A stretch of 64,000 bases of DNA from Candidatus Cloacimonadales bacterium (GTDB taxonomy: Bacteria; Cloacimonadota; Cloacimonadia; Cloacimonadales; JAFGVF01), in the NCBI GenBank assembly GCA_963667035.1, contig OY762964.1, positions 1,568,001 to 1,632,000 of the forward strand. Direction: 5' to 3'. The position numbers were made by a program, and so were the translations under genes. The notes below the pieces were generated by a model. It did no database searches. It was not told the DNA's origin and saw only the letters and a program-made list of their open reading frames with translations. The first letter of the stretch is position 1, and the number at the start of each line of letters is the position of its first letter. Of this stretch, positions 1 through 8,956 are shown piece by piece.

Positions 1-1401
1 TGGCCAACTCTGATTGGAATACCAAAATCCGGGAGCGCTTGATCTGTTTGCAAGGTAGTATGATTGATCATTTTTTACTTCATTGGATGAACAATATGGA
101 ATACTATGTGACCATGTTTGAGTATATGTAAAACCGAAAAAAGAAACTTTTTTTATTCGATTATGTCGTTCGAATGGTTTAAAATAACTTCTAAACCTTC
201 TCGGGAACTTTAAAAAATTGCTTTGAAACCAGTTTACATTTTGAAGATAATTGTAATTTGTGATTTGTCTGGGTTGCATAACCCAGTCACAAGCGTCCGT
301 GCAACTCATTAGCATTTCTAACAAACTCGGTATAAATGGAGATATCCCCCATGTACCGACTCCCATTATCCATAAACCTTTATCGGAAGACCTATTTCTA
401 AAGAAAGCATTGTCTTTGCCATTAGCTCTATGGAAAGAATCTACCCACATCCATCCGACTTGATTTCCTTCAAAAAGGTTTTCTTTAGGACCTCCATATT
501 GTCCTCCAGATTGAGAACTTGTCTCCCCATGGCAGCTAATATCTGCTACATAAGAATTAGGTAAATAATCAAAATCAGAATGCCTCCTTCCTGTTGAATA
601 ATTATATCCGTAAACATTCCATTTTGCTTCATTTTGCACTAGCATTGCGTGTCTCATACTGTAAAAGATGTTATTTTCTATTAAGCAGTGCTGAGATGCA
701 TTTTCAGTGATTACACCGTATCCAAACCCTCCGGCACCAACGTCCTGAGCTCCTTTAAAGTAGCAACCTGTTACTTCAATATGTTCACTCTTACTTATGT
801 CTATATGATGCTTAACTGGATTTCGACTCTCAACCCCGACTACCCAACAGTTTGACGCTTTTTGGATAAGAATGTTATGTCCTTGCTGACTATCTAAGCC
901 ATCTGAATGTGTACTATCTAACCGTTCAATTACAATATCTTCAATACCGGAAGAGACCAATATATGCTCTTGTACAGGTGGAGTTTGGTTTGGCTTCGCT
1001 TCTACTCCCTTGATTTCTATGCAATTATTAGTATTTGCCATATCAAATCGTAAAACTGTTCTGTTAGCATTATTCTCTCCATCCTTGAACATGTGATTGC
1101 CTCTTAATACAACATAGTCAGCTAATACTAGCTCATCAGTAAATAAATATTCACCAGGAGAAAGTATTACCCTGCGAATAGCTGATGAATTTCCAGACAC
1201 TAACAATGCTGATCTAATATCTTCTTCAGTATTAGTAGTGTTAAAAGGATAATCTACAAAATTAACGGGAAAACCATTTTCAAGTCCGGCCTGTTGCCAC
1301 TCATGACTTTTATTATTAACATGGCTGTATTCGGTATCATAAACAGAAAATAAGAAATATAAATTAATTAGAAATAGTATCGCGAGTATATATTTTTTCA
1401 T
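1..1401 (-). CDS. Gene C: secreted right-handed parallel beta-helix (pectate lyase-like fold) protein, 3'-truncated by window edge
   Basis: Not in the ORF track because no stop is in the window. Manual translation from ATG at 1401 (RBS GGAGA) stays open to base 1: MKKYILAILFLINLYFLFSVYDTEYSH... with beta-helix-type motifs NCWVVGVES, GFGYGV, CLIENNIFYSMRHAMLVQ, NVYGYNYS, DISCHG, NLFEGN, NAFFRNR. Confidence 0.85.
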   Translation of the reverse strand, partial: MKKYILAILFLINLYFLFSVYDTEYSHVNNKSHEWQQAGLENGFPVNFVDYPFNTTNTEEDIRSALLVSGNSSAIRRVILSPGEYLFTDELVLADYVVLRGNHMFKDGENNANRTVLRFDMANTNNCIEIKGVEAKPNQTPPVQEHILVSSGIEDIVIERLDSTHSDGLDSQQGHNILIQKASNCWVVGVESRNPVKHHIDISKSEHIEVTGCYFKGAQDVGAGGFGYGVITENASQHCLIENNIFYSMRHAMLVQNEAKWNVYGYNYSTGRRHSDFDYLPNSYVADISCHGETSSQSGGQYGGPKENLFEGNQVGWMWVDSFHRANGKDNAFFRNRSSDKGLWIMGVGTWGISPFIPSLLEMLMSCTDACDWVMQPRQITNYNYLQNVNWFQSNFLKFPRRFRSYFKPFERHNRIKKVSFFGFTYTQTWSHSIPYCSSNEVKNDQSYYLANRSSAPGFWYSNQSWP

Positions 1402-1410
1402 TGTTTCTCC

Positions 1411-2418
1411 CTAAAAATCATATGGATGTTGTCTTTGAGTCTTGCTTATTAATCTTGTGCTGTTTTTATTAAACGAGACCTTTCCCGATTGACGATCAAA
1501 TTTAACATAATCGCCAGTCTGCATAAAATACATTAGCGGATATTCTTGGGAACCGCATAGGCAAATGTTTTCTTTGGATGTATCTAACACTAAGTAGGAA
1601 TAAGCTCTCTGAGTGGATTCAATAAACAAAACCTGTGAATCTAAGCTATTGATGTCTATCTGCAAAAGAGTGCGTGAAGCCTGTAGAAGATATATAGAAT
1701 TATCATAGTCTGTTATCATATCAACAAGCGAGCTATCGTTATAAACAAGGCTATCAATACCAGTAATTATATCATAACAGTATAAACCATCTGGTTTGAC
1801 ATCTGGAGTGCTTGAAATCAAATAAAAAACTTTATCTGAAACAATACATTTATCACTAATATTAATGTAATTGTCATTCTCTTCCCTTATTAGCTCTGTT
1901 TCGGTATTATTGGTCAAATCATATATAAGCAGAGCCCCAGAACGAACCTCCTGATTATAAATAGATCTACTATAAACTAACTTCGTATTATCAGTAGAAA
2001 TTGAAGCATCATGCTCTCTGATATCAGGGGTATTAGTAATCTGTATTAGATTCGACCCGTCAACATTGGCAATGTAGATATCATAATTGTATTCCATTAC
2101 CATTTTAGTTCTGTCCTGACTTATTTCGACAATATTCCCTACACCTAATAAGATACCTTCCCATAAAGTTCCTTCGGAATTGAGTGAGTAAACAGAACTG
2201 AAACCGCTAATGATAATCTTTTCCTGCTCTGGATTACTTAAGTCTGCTACATAGAAAGGAGACCCTCCCCCTGCAAATAGGTAATCAATCTCACTTCCAT
2301 CAATATTCATGGTAGCAGTCCATTCTTCGGACCAGTACTTACCCTCATCTGAATAATCAAAACACGAAGTTAAAAGAAGCAACAACACTAAAATCACGAA
2401 TGATTTAATGTATCTCAT
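1411..2418 (-). CDS. L6: TolB-like (PD40) beta-propeller lipoprotein, copy in the intact operon
   Basis: Lipobox LLTSC (Cys19); PD40-like DIYIANVDGSNLIQITNTPD...ASIS.DNTKLVY; one of six paralogs. Confidence 0.8.
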   Translation of the reverse strand: MRYIKSFVILVLLLLLTSCFDYSDEGKYWSEEWTATMNIDGSEIDYLFAGGGSPFYVADLSNPEQEKIIISGFSSVYSLNSEGTLWEGILLGVGNIVEISQDRTKMVMEYNYDIYIANVDGSNLIQITNTPDIREHDASISTDNTKLVYSRSIYNQEVRSGALLIYDLTNNTETELIREENDNYINISDKCIVSDKVFYLISSTPDVKPDGLYCYDIITGIDSLVYNDSSLVDMITDYDNSIYLLQASRTLLQIDINSLDSQVLFIESTQRAYSYLVLDTSKENICLCGSQEYPLMYFMQTGDYVKFDRQSGKVSFNKNSTRLISKTQRQHPYDF

Positions 2419-2420
2419 TA

Positions 2421-3164
2421 TTAGTCCCCTCTTCGAAATTCAATCAACTCAAGTGCACTACTCTTCACAAAGCCTTTGTTTTGTTGATTTAAGATTTCAA
2501 GCGAATTCAACATTCCCAATGTAACTCCCGTAAATGGGATTAGTTTGGGTATATCCTCCGAAAAGTACAAAGAGGCTTCTTTCTCAATTTGCTCAAGTTG
2601 GTCCTGAGCTAATTTTTGCTTATACATTTCAGGTATTTCCATATTTACTTTTGTACAGGTTATATCTCTGGAGTTAACCGAGACAGCATATTCTGCTCTG
2701 TCATTTTGAGAAAAACTGAAAGGCATTAAAGCGGCTGCCTGTTCTCTAACTAAACTGAAATTGGCTTCAACCTCGCTCTTGCGTAACAGCTTTGGTGTTT
2801 GCTTGACCTTATTTTCATCATAACCATAAAAATCGACTATCTGATTAGAAACCGGGTCCCAAGTTGTGTAAGTTATATTCCCATCAAAAGATTCCTTAAT
2901 AACAATACCTTTACTCGACTCTTCAATTACTTCTAAGCTGACAAACTCTTCGCTTTGATTTTCACTTGAGAGGTCGCTATTGACACGATAGACTACCTTG
3001 TCCCCGACCTTCAAATCAATACCAAAACGGCTCCCGGCTGTGTATTGAAGTGTGCTCAACATATCCTTTTGTGCTTGTTCTTCAATCTCTCTGTCAGATA
3101 GTTCTTTTGCTACAAGAAACAACACTGTTGACAGTACTAGTGCAATTAAGACAAATTTCTTCAT
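2421..3164 (-). CDS. Gene A: exported hypothetical protein (247 aa), full-length copy
   Basis: Signal peptide MKKFVLIALVLSTVLFLVA; RBS AAGGAG; C-terminal about 46 aa reused in all junction ORFs. Confidence 0.8.
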   Translation of the reverse strand: MKKFVLIALVLSTVLFLVAKELSDREIEEQAQKDMLSTLQYTAGSRFGIDLKVGDKVVYRVNSDLSSENQSEEFVSLEVIEESSKGIVIKESFDGNITYTTWDPVSNQIVDFYGYDENKVKQTPKLLRKSEVEANFSLVREQAAALMPFSFSQNDRAEYAVSVNSRDITCTKVNMEIPEMYKQKLAQDQLEQIEKEASLYFSEDIPKLIPFTGVTLGMLNSLEILNQQNKGFVKSSALELIEFRRGD

Positions 3165-3251
3165 AAATGCTCCTTTGTTTTCCGAATCGATTACTTAGAC
3201 TAATTAATAGGCTAAATTGTTGTACGATTCGCTTATTAGATTTCCATACTA

Positions 3252-3545
3252 TTTATTTTGAATTTGAGACACAAATACAACATATAGTATGATTATTTTA
3301 CCTTCCCATACCTACAGTAAATCAACTTTTGTCTTTCTTTCCTAGAATTGTGTAGCAATGTTAGTAATGATAAATTACATGGCAAGTATTTATTCATTTT
3401 TTCTTGCATCGCTTCATAGGACTATTTAGAGATTTCGCTTATCTTTCACCCCTTTAAGGTTTAATCATATTTAGGGGATACACGCCCCATGCGACAAGTG
3501 CATGGGGCTATTAAACAATAGCTCCTTCAGAGCAAAATTAAAAAA
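3252..3545. repeat. Operon upstream/promoter region, copy 2 (about 290-bp direct repeat of 10203-10495); includes a REP-like hairpin element
   Basis: Near-identical from ttattttgaatttgagacac through agctccttcagag. Confidence 0.9.
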
Positions 3546-3567
3546 GCCCGGACTGTTCCTGGCTTTT
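3541..3567 (-). terminator. Intrinsic terminator ending the cassette array
   Basis: Imperfect hairpin AAAAGCC-aggaacagtcc-GGGCTTTTTT on the minus strand. Confidence 0.6.
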
Positions 3568-3707
3568 AAATAGAAGTCTCTAATCTATAGAAGTAAACTC
3601 CTACTCCTGTTTCTTTACCTAAACTATTTTTCCCATCCCACACTATTTCATGCCTTCCAACGGACATCTCCTGATTAACCAAATGTAGCGAGTAAAATCT
3701 TCTTCAT
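3566..3707 (-). pseudogene. Internally deleted gene C paralog: start of signal peptide joined to an FlgD-Ig/T9SS-CTD-like C-terminal tail
   Basis: RBS AGGAG plus MKKILLATFG*, then in a shifted frame LVNQEMSVGRHEIVWDGKNSLGKETGVGVYFYRLETSI*. This resembles the WNG...G.YFY.L tail of the FlgD-type proteins at 41-51 kb. Confidence 0.75.
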
Positions 3708-3717
3708 TGTTTCTCCT

Positions 3718-4743
3718 TTAAAAATCATCTGGATGTCGTCTTGAGATAACGCTAATTATTTTTGTACTGTTTAAATTAAAAGTAGCATATCCAATAGGCT
3801 TCGGTAAGTAAAATATATCTCCGGTTTTCATAGAGTAAATCCAATCATTTCCATTGTTTGTATCTCCACAAAATGCAAGGTATTCGTAAGTTGGATTGAA
3901 GCTCAATACGCCTCGAAATCCAACTCCTTTACCACCTATCAAGTCATGACTGGCAAAAGTATTAATATCCATTTCCACAATACCTTCAGAAGAAGCCAAG
4001 AAATAAACTGCATCCGTGCTATTTGATATAATATTTCCGGTTGAAGAACAGGAATACACCAGAGAATCAGTAAGCGTTGACATATTTAAGTTATATATTC
4101 CTCTTGGTTTTACATTCAATTCATACCATTTATAGTAAAAAATCTTATCAGAGATAATGCATTTCTCTCGAATAAATGTATGCTTTTCAGTTTCTTCGCG
4201 TAAGAGAATAGTCTCTGTATCAGTATTAAGGTTGTATCCATTAATTGAAATCCAATTCAATTCATCTGGATCAAGAGCATTTAAAGGCCATTGATTATAC
4301 ACAACCATCGAGTTATCTGCAGAAATAGAGGCAAAATCCTCTCTCAGGTCAGGTGTATTTGTAAGGTTTCTAAGTCCGGTACCATCGACATTAGCAACAT
4401 AGATATCATAATTATACTCCATTACCATTTTAGTTCGGTCCTGACTTATTTCGACAATATTCCCTACATCTAATAAGATACCTTCCCACAAAGTTCCTTC
4501 GGAATTGAGTGAATAAACAGAACTGGAACTGCTCATGATAATCTTTTCCTGCCCTGGATTACTTAAGTCTGCTACATAGAAAGGAGTTTGTGCACCTTTT
4601 AGTAGGTAATCAATCTCACTCCCATCAATATTCATGGTAGCAGTCCATTCTTCGGACCAGTACTTACCCTCATCTGAATAATCATAACAGGAGGTTATAA
4701 GAAGTAATAGCAATAGAATCGCTATTGATTTTATAAATCGCAT
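3718..4743 (-). CDS. L5: TolB-like beta-propeller lipoprotein variant (divergent C-terminal half)
   Basis: Lipobox LITSC; paralog of L1-L6; ends RRHPDDF. Confidence 0.8.
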   Translation of the reverse strand: MRFIKSIAILLLLLLITSCYDYSDEGKYWSEEWTATMNIDGSEIDYLLKGAQTPFYVADLSNPGQEKIIMSSSSSVYSLNSEGTLWEGILLDVGNIVEISQDRTKMVMEYNYDIYVANVDGTGLRNLTNTPDLREDFASISADNSMVVYNQWPLNALDPDELNWISINGYNLNTDTETILLREETEKHTFIREKCIISDKIFYYKWYELNVKPRGIYNLNMSTLTDSLVYSCSSTGNIISNSTDAVYFLASSEGIVEMDINTFASHDLIGGKGVGFRGVLSFNPTYEYLAFCGDTNNGNDWIYSMKTGDIFYLPKPIGYATFNLNSTKIISVISRRHPDDF

Positions 4744-4745
4744 AA

Positions 4746-5027
4746 TTAATTTCCTTTTATGAATTCTACTAATTCAAGGACGCTACTCTTCACAAAGCCT
4801 TTGTTTTGTTGATTTAAGGTTTCAAGCGAATTCAACATTCCCAATGTAACTCCCGTAAATGGGATTAGTTTGGGTATATCCTCAAAAAGAGTAGGGAAAT
4901 CGTTCTCTAAACCAGCAGACTGCCACTGGTGACTCTCATTATTAACATGGCTGTATTCGGTATCATAAACAGAAAATAAGAAATATAAATTAATTAGAAA
5001 TAGTATCGTGAGTATATATTTTTTCAT
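4746..5027 (-). CDS. J4: 93-aa chimeric junction ORF (gene C N-terminus fused to gene A C-terminus)
   Basis: MKKYILTILF...LENDFPTLF joined to EDIPKLIPF...FIKGN. Confidence 0.7.
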   Translation of the reverse strand: MKKYILTILFLINLYFLFSVYDTEYSHVNNESHQWQSAGLENDFPTLFEDIPKLIPFTGVTLGMLNSLETLNQQNKGFVKSSVLELVEFIKGN

Positions 5028-5035
5028 TGTTCCCC

Positions 5036-6049
5036 TTAAAAATCATATGGATGTTGTCTTTGGGTTGTGCTTATTAATCTTGTACTGTTTTTATTAAACG
5101 AGACCTTTCCCGATTGACGATCAAATTTTACATAATCACCTGTCTGTATAAAATACATTAGCGGATATGCTTCGGAATCGCATAAACAAATGTTTTCTTT
5201 GGATGGGTCTAACACTAATTCGTTATAATATCTCTGAGTGGATTCAATAAACAATACCTGAGAATCAAAGCTATTCATGTCTATTTGCAAAAGAGTGCGC
5301 GAAGCCTGTAGAAGATATACAGAATTATCATAGTCTGTTATCATATCAACAAGCGAGCTATCGTTATAAACAAGGCTATCAATACCAGTAATTATATCAT
5401 AACAGTATAAACCATCTGGTTTGACATCTGGAGAGCTTGAGATTGAATAGAATATCTTATTTGAGGCAACGCATGTATCTCTTATTCTAAGATAATTGCT
5501 ATTGCTATTCTCTTCTCGTAACAGTTCTGTCTCAGTATTCTCCATCAAATCATATATAAGCAGAATCTCAGAACGAACCTCCTGATTATTAATATATCGA
5601 CTATAAACAATTTGTGAGTTATCAGCAGAAATTGAAGCATCATGCTCTCTGATATCAGGGGTATTAGTAATCTGTATTAGATTCGATCCGTCAACATTGG
5701 CAATGTAGATATCCAGATTATATTCCATCAACATTTTTGTTCTGTCCTGACTTATTTCAACAATGTTTCCCATATCTGTAAGGATATTATCCCCCAAAGT
5801 TCCATCTTCATTCATGGATAATACTGCTGTGTTAGCACCAATAATGATTCTCTCTTCTTCCGGATTGTCTAAATCTGCAACATAATAAGGAGTGCCTCCC
5901 CACTGAATCAGGAATTTTCTTTCACTTCCGTCAATATTCGTGGTAGCAATCCATGATTCTGTCCAGTGTTTACCCTCATCTGAATAATCAAAACACGAAG
6001 TCATAAGAAGCAACAACACTAAAATCACGAATGATTTAATGTATCTCAT
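5036..6049 (-). CDS. L4: TolB-like beta-propeller lipoprotein variant
   Basis: Lipobox LMTSC; paralog. Confidence 0.8.
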   Translation of the reverse strand: MRYIKSFVILVLLLLMTSCFDYSDEGKHWTESWIATTNIDGSERKFLIQWGGTPYYVADLDNPEEERIIIGANTAVLSMNEDGTLGDNILTDMGNIVEISQDRTKMLMEYNLDIYIANVDGSNLIQITNTPDIREHDASISADNSQIVYSRYINNQEVRSEILLIYDLMENTETELLREENSNSNYLRIRDTCVASNKIFYSISSSPDVKPDGLYCYDIITGIDSLVYNDSSLVDMITDYDNSVYLLQASRTLLQIDMNSFDSQVLFIESTQRYYNELVLDPSKENICLCDSEAYPLMYFIQTGDYVKFDRQSGKVSFNKNSTRLISTTQRQHPYDF

Positions 6050-6051
6050 TA

Positions 6052-6333
6052 TTAGTCCCCTCTTCGAAATTCAATCAACTCAAGTGTACTACTCTTCACA
6101 AAGCCTTTGCTTTGTTGATTTAAGGTTTCAAGCGAATTCAACATTCCCAATGTAACTCCCGTAAATGGGATTAGTTTGGGTATATCCTCAAAAAGAGTAG
6201 AGAAATCGTTCTCTAAACCAGCAGACTGCCATTGGTGACTTTTATTATTAACATGGCTGTATTCGGTATCATAAACAGAAAATAAGAAATATAAATTAAT
6301 TAGAAATAGTATCGTGAGTATATATTTTTTCAT
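6052..6333 (-). CDS. J3: 93-aa chimeric junction ORF
   Basis: Same C/A fusion, ends FRRGD. Confidence 0.7.
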   Translation of the reverse strand: MKKYILTILFLINLYFLFSVYDTEYSHVNNKSHQWQSAGLENDFSTLFEDIPKLIPFTGVTLGMLNSLETLNQQSKGFVKSSTLELIEFRRGD

Positions 6334-6341
6334 TGTTCCCC

Positions 6342-7352
6342 CTAAAAATCATATGGATGTTGTCTTTGGGTTGTGCTTATTAATCTTGTGCTGTTTTTAT
6401 TAAACGAGACCTTTCCCGATTGACGATCAAATTTTACATAATCACCTGTCTGTATAAAATACATTAGCGGATATTTTTGGGAACCGCATAAGCAAATGTT
6501 TTCTTTGGATGGACCTAACACTAAGTAGGAATAAGATCTCTGAGTGGGTTCAATATACAAAACCTGTGAATCTAAGCTATTGATGTCTAACTGCAAAAGA
6601 GTGCGTGAAGCCTGTAGAAGATATACAGAATTTTCATAGTCTGTTATCATATCAACAAGAGAGCTATCGTTATAAACAAGGCTGTCAATCCCTGTATCAA
6701 TATCGATACAATATAGTCCTTTCGGTTTTGTCTCTGATACACTAAATTTAAAATAGTAATATACTTTATTAGAAACTATACATGTATTATTAACTGAGAA
6801 ATCTGTGATGTTATCTACTCGCATCAGTTCTGTCTCAGTATTCTCCATCAAATCATATATAAGCAGAGTCTCAGAACGAACCTCCTGATTATAAATATAT
6901 CTACTATAAACTAACTTCGTATTATCAGCAGAAATTGAAGCATCATGCTCCCAAATATCCGTTGTATTTGTAATGTTTCTAAGTCCGGTACCATCGACAT
7001 TAGCGACATAGATATCATAATTGTATACCATTACCATTTTGGTTCGGTCTTGACTTATTTCAACAATATTTCCCACATCCGTCAGAACATAATCTCCAAC
7101 AGTTCCGTCCTCATTCAGAGATAATACTGCATGGAAAGCATCAATAATGATCCTCTCCTCTCCAGGATTGTCCAAATCTGCAACATAATAAGGAGTTCCT
7201 CCCCACTGAATCAGGAATTCTCTTTCACTTCCGTCAATATTCGTGGTGGCAATCCATGATTCTGTCCAGTATTTACCCTCATCTGAATAATCAAAACAGG
7301 AGGCCAAAAGAAGTAATAGCAATAGAATCGCTATTGATTTTATAAATCGCAT
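6342..7352 (-). CDS. L3: TolB-like beta-propeller lipoprotein variant
   Basis: Lipobox LLASC; paralog. Confidence 0.8.
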   Translation of the reverse strand: MRFIKSIAILLLLLLLASCFDYSDEGKYWTESWIATTNIDGSEREFLIQWGGTPYYVADLDNPGEERIIIDAFHAVLSLNEDGTVGDYVLTDVGNIVEISQDRTKMVMVYNYDIYVANVDGTGLRNITNTTDIWEHDASISADNTKLVYSRYIYNQEVRSETLLIYDLMENTETELMRVDNITDFSVNNTCIVSNKVYYYFKFSVSETKPKGLYCIDIDTGIDSLVYNDSSLVDMITDYENSVYLLQASRTLLQLDINSLDSQVLYIEPTQRSYSYLVLGPSKENICLCGSQKYPLMYFIQTGDYVKFDRQSGKVSFNKNSTRLISTTQRQHPYDF

Positions 7353-7354
7353 AA

Positions 7355-7636
7355 TTAATTTCCTTTTCTGAATTCTACTAATTCAAGGACGCTACTCTTC
7401 ACAAAGCCTTTGCTTTGTTGATTTAAGATTTCAAGCGAATTCAACATTCCTAATGTAACTCCCGTAAATGGGATTAGTTTGGGTATATCCTCAAAAAGAG
7501 TAGGAAAATCGTTCTCTAAACCAGCAGACTGCCATTGGTGACTTTTATTATTGATATGGCTGTATTCGGTATCATAAACCGGATGGATCAGGTTTGATGA
7601 AATTGCTAATAAGATTATAATAATAATTCTTTTCAT
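7355..7636 (-). CDS. J2: 93-aa chimeric junction ORF with a different signal peptide
   Basis: Start is probably ATG 7636 (MKRIIIIILLAISSNLIHPVYDTEYSH...) after AAGGGG, not 7810; gives the same 282-bp length as the other J ORFs. Confidence 0.7.
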   Translation of the reverse strand: MKRIIIIILLAISSNLIHPVYDTEYSHINNKSHQWQSAGLENDFPTLFEDIPKLIPFTGVTLGMLNSLEILNQQSKGFVKSSVLELVEFRKGN

Positions 7637-7646
7637 TGTTGCCCCT

Positions 7647-8663
7647 TTAAAAATCTTGAGGGAAAAATCTTTCAACAACACAAACAATATGTGTAGCTTC
7701 ACTATTGAAAGAAGCATCTCGTATGCTTCTTGGATTATAGTAATACTCATCAGTGCTGATATCGTACATGAAATCATTCTTTTGTGAATTACTAATACAT
7801 AAATATTCATTATGCGGGCTTATGATGAGATCAATAGGATTACCGATTACTTTACTTTCTCCAATATATCCCTGTATGATGAAAGTCTGTAAATCAATTT
7901 CAATTACTGATTGAGTAGAAAGGTTAGCAAAATAAAAGACATCAGTATAATCACTTACGATGTTGCTATTGACATAATTATCATAAACTTTAATATTCTC
8001 ATTATTGTTTAAATCAATTCTAAACAATCCTTCATTTTCCTCTTCATCGTAATATGTTCTATAGAAATACACATAATCCTGTAAAACATAGATCTTTTCA
8101 TAAATAAAATAACTGTTTCGTTCTTCTTGAAAAAGTTTTGTTGATATATCAATATTTAAATCGTATAGATTCAATGAAATAACATAATAGTTATCAATAA
8201 TCGATTCGTTCCGGACAAAGACTACTTTATTGTTATCAGCAGAAATTGCTGCATTTCGTTCTGATAAATTTGGAGTATTCGTAATATTCCTCAATCCAGT
8301 TCCATCGACATTGGCAATGTAGATATCTTGATTATATTCCAATAATATCTTGGTTTTATCACGACTAACTTCAACAATATTTCCTACTTCTGACAAAACT
8401 GTTTCCTGTTTAGAGCCATCAGTATTCATTGAAACAATATATTCGCTATAATCAAGAAGTATCTTCTCGTTTGTTGTATCACTCAGGTCTTTAACATAAA
8501 AAGGTGTCATATCACCTTTAAAAAGGTAATTTACCTCACTTCCATCAATATTCATGGTGGCAATCCATGATTCTGTCCAGTGCTTACCCTCATCTGAATA
8601 ATCATAACACGAAGTCATAAGAAGCAACAACACTAAAATCACGAATGATTTAATGTATCTCAT
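7647..8663 (-). CDS. L2: TolB-like beta-propeller lipoprotein, most divergent variant
   Basis: Lipobox LMTSC; conserved DIYIANVDGTGLRNITNTP; ends RFFPQDF. Confidence 0.8.
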   Translation of the reverse strand: MRYIKSFVILVLLLLMTSCYDYSDEGKHWTESWIATMNIDGSEVNYLFKGDMTPFYVKDLSDTTNEKILLDYSEYIVSMNTDGSKQETVLSEVGNIVEVSRDKTKILLEYNQDIYIANVDGTGLRNITNTPNLSERNAAISADNNKVVFVRNESIIDNYYVISLNLYDLNIDISTKLFQEERNSYFIYEKIYVLQDYVYFYRTYYDEEENEGLFRIDLNNNENIKVYDNYVNSNIVSDYTDVFYFANLSTQSVIEIDLQTFIIQGYIGESKVIGNPIDLIISPHNEYLCISNSQKNDFMYDISTDEYYYNPRSIRDASFNSEATHIVCVVERFFPQDF

Positions 8664-8665
8664 TA

Positions 8666-8947
8666 TTAGTCCCCTCTTCGAAATTCAATCAACTCAAGTG
8701 TACTACTCTTCACAAAGCCTTTGCTTTGTTGATTTAAGGTTTCAAGCGAATTCAACATTCCCAATGTAACTCCCGTAAATGGGATTAGTTTGGGTATATC
8801 CTCAAAAAGAGTAGGGAAATCGTTCTCTAAACCAGCAGACTGCCATTGGTGACTTTTATTATTAACATGGCTGTATTCGGTATCATAAACAGAAAATAAG
8901 AAATATAAATTAATTAGAAATAGTATCGTGAGTATATATTTTTTCAT
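8666..8947 (-). CDS. J1: 93-aa chimeric junction ORF
   Basis: Same C/A fusion, ends FRRGD. Confidence 0.7.
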   Translation of the reverse strand: MKKYILTILFLINLYFLFSVYDTEYSHVNNKSHQWQSAGLENDFPTLFEDIPKLIPFTGVTLGMLNSLETLNQQSKGFVKSSTLELIEFRRGD

Positions 8948-8956
8948 TGTTTCTCC

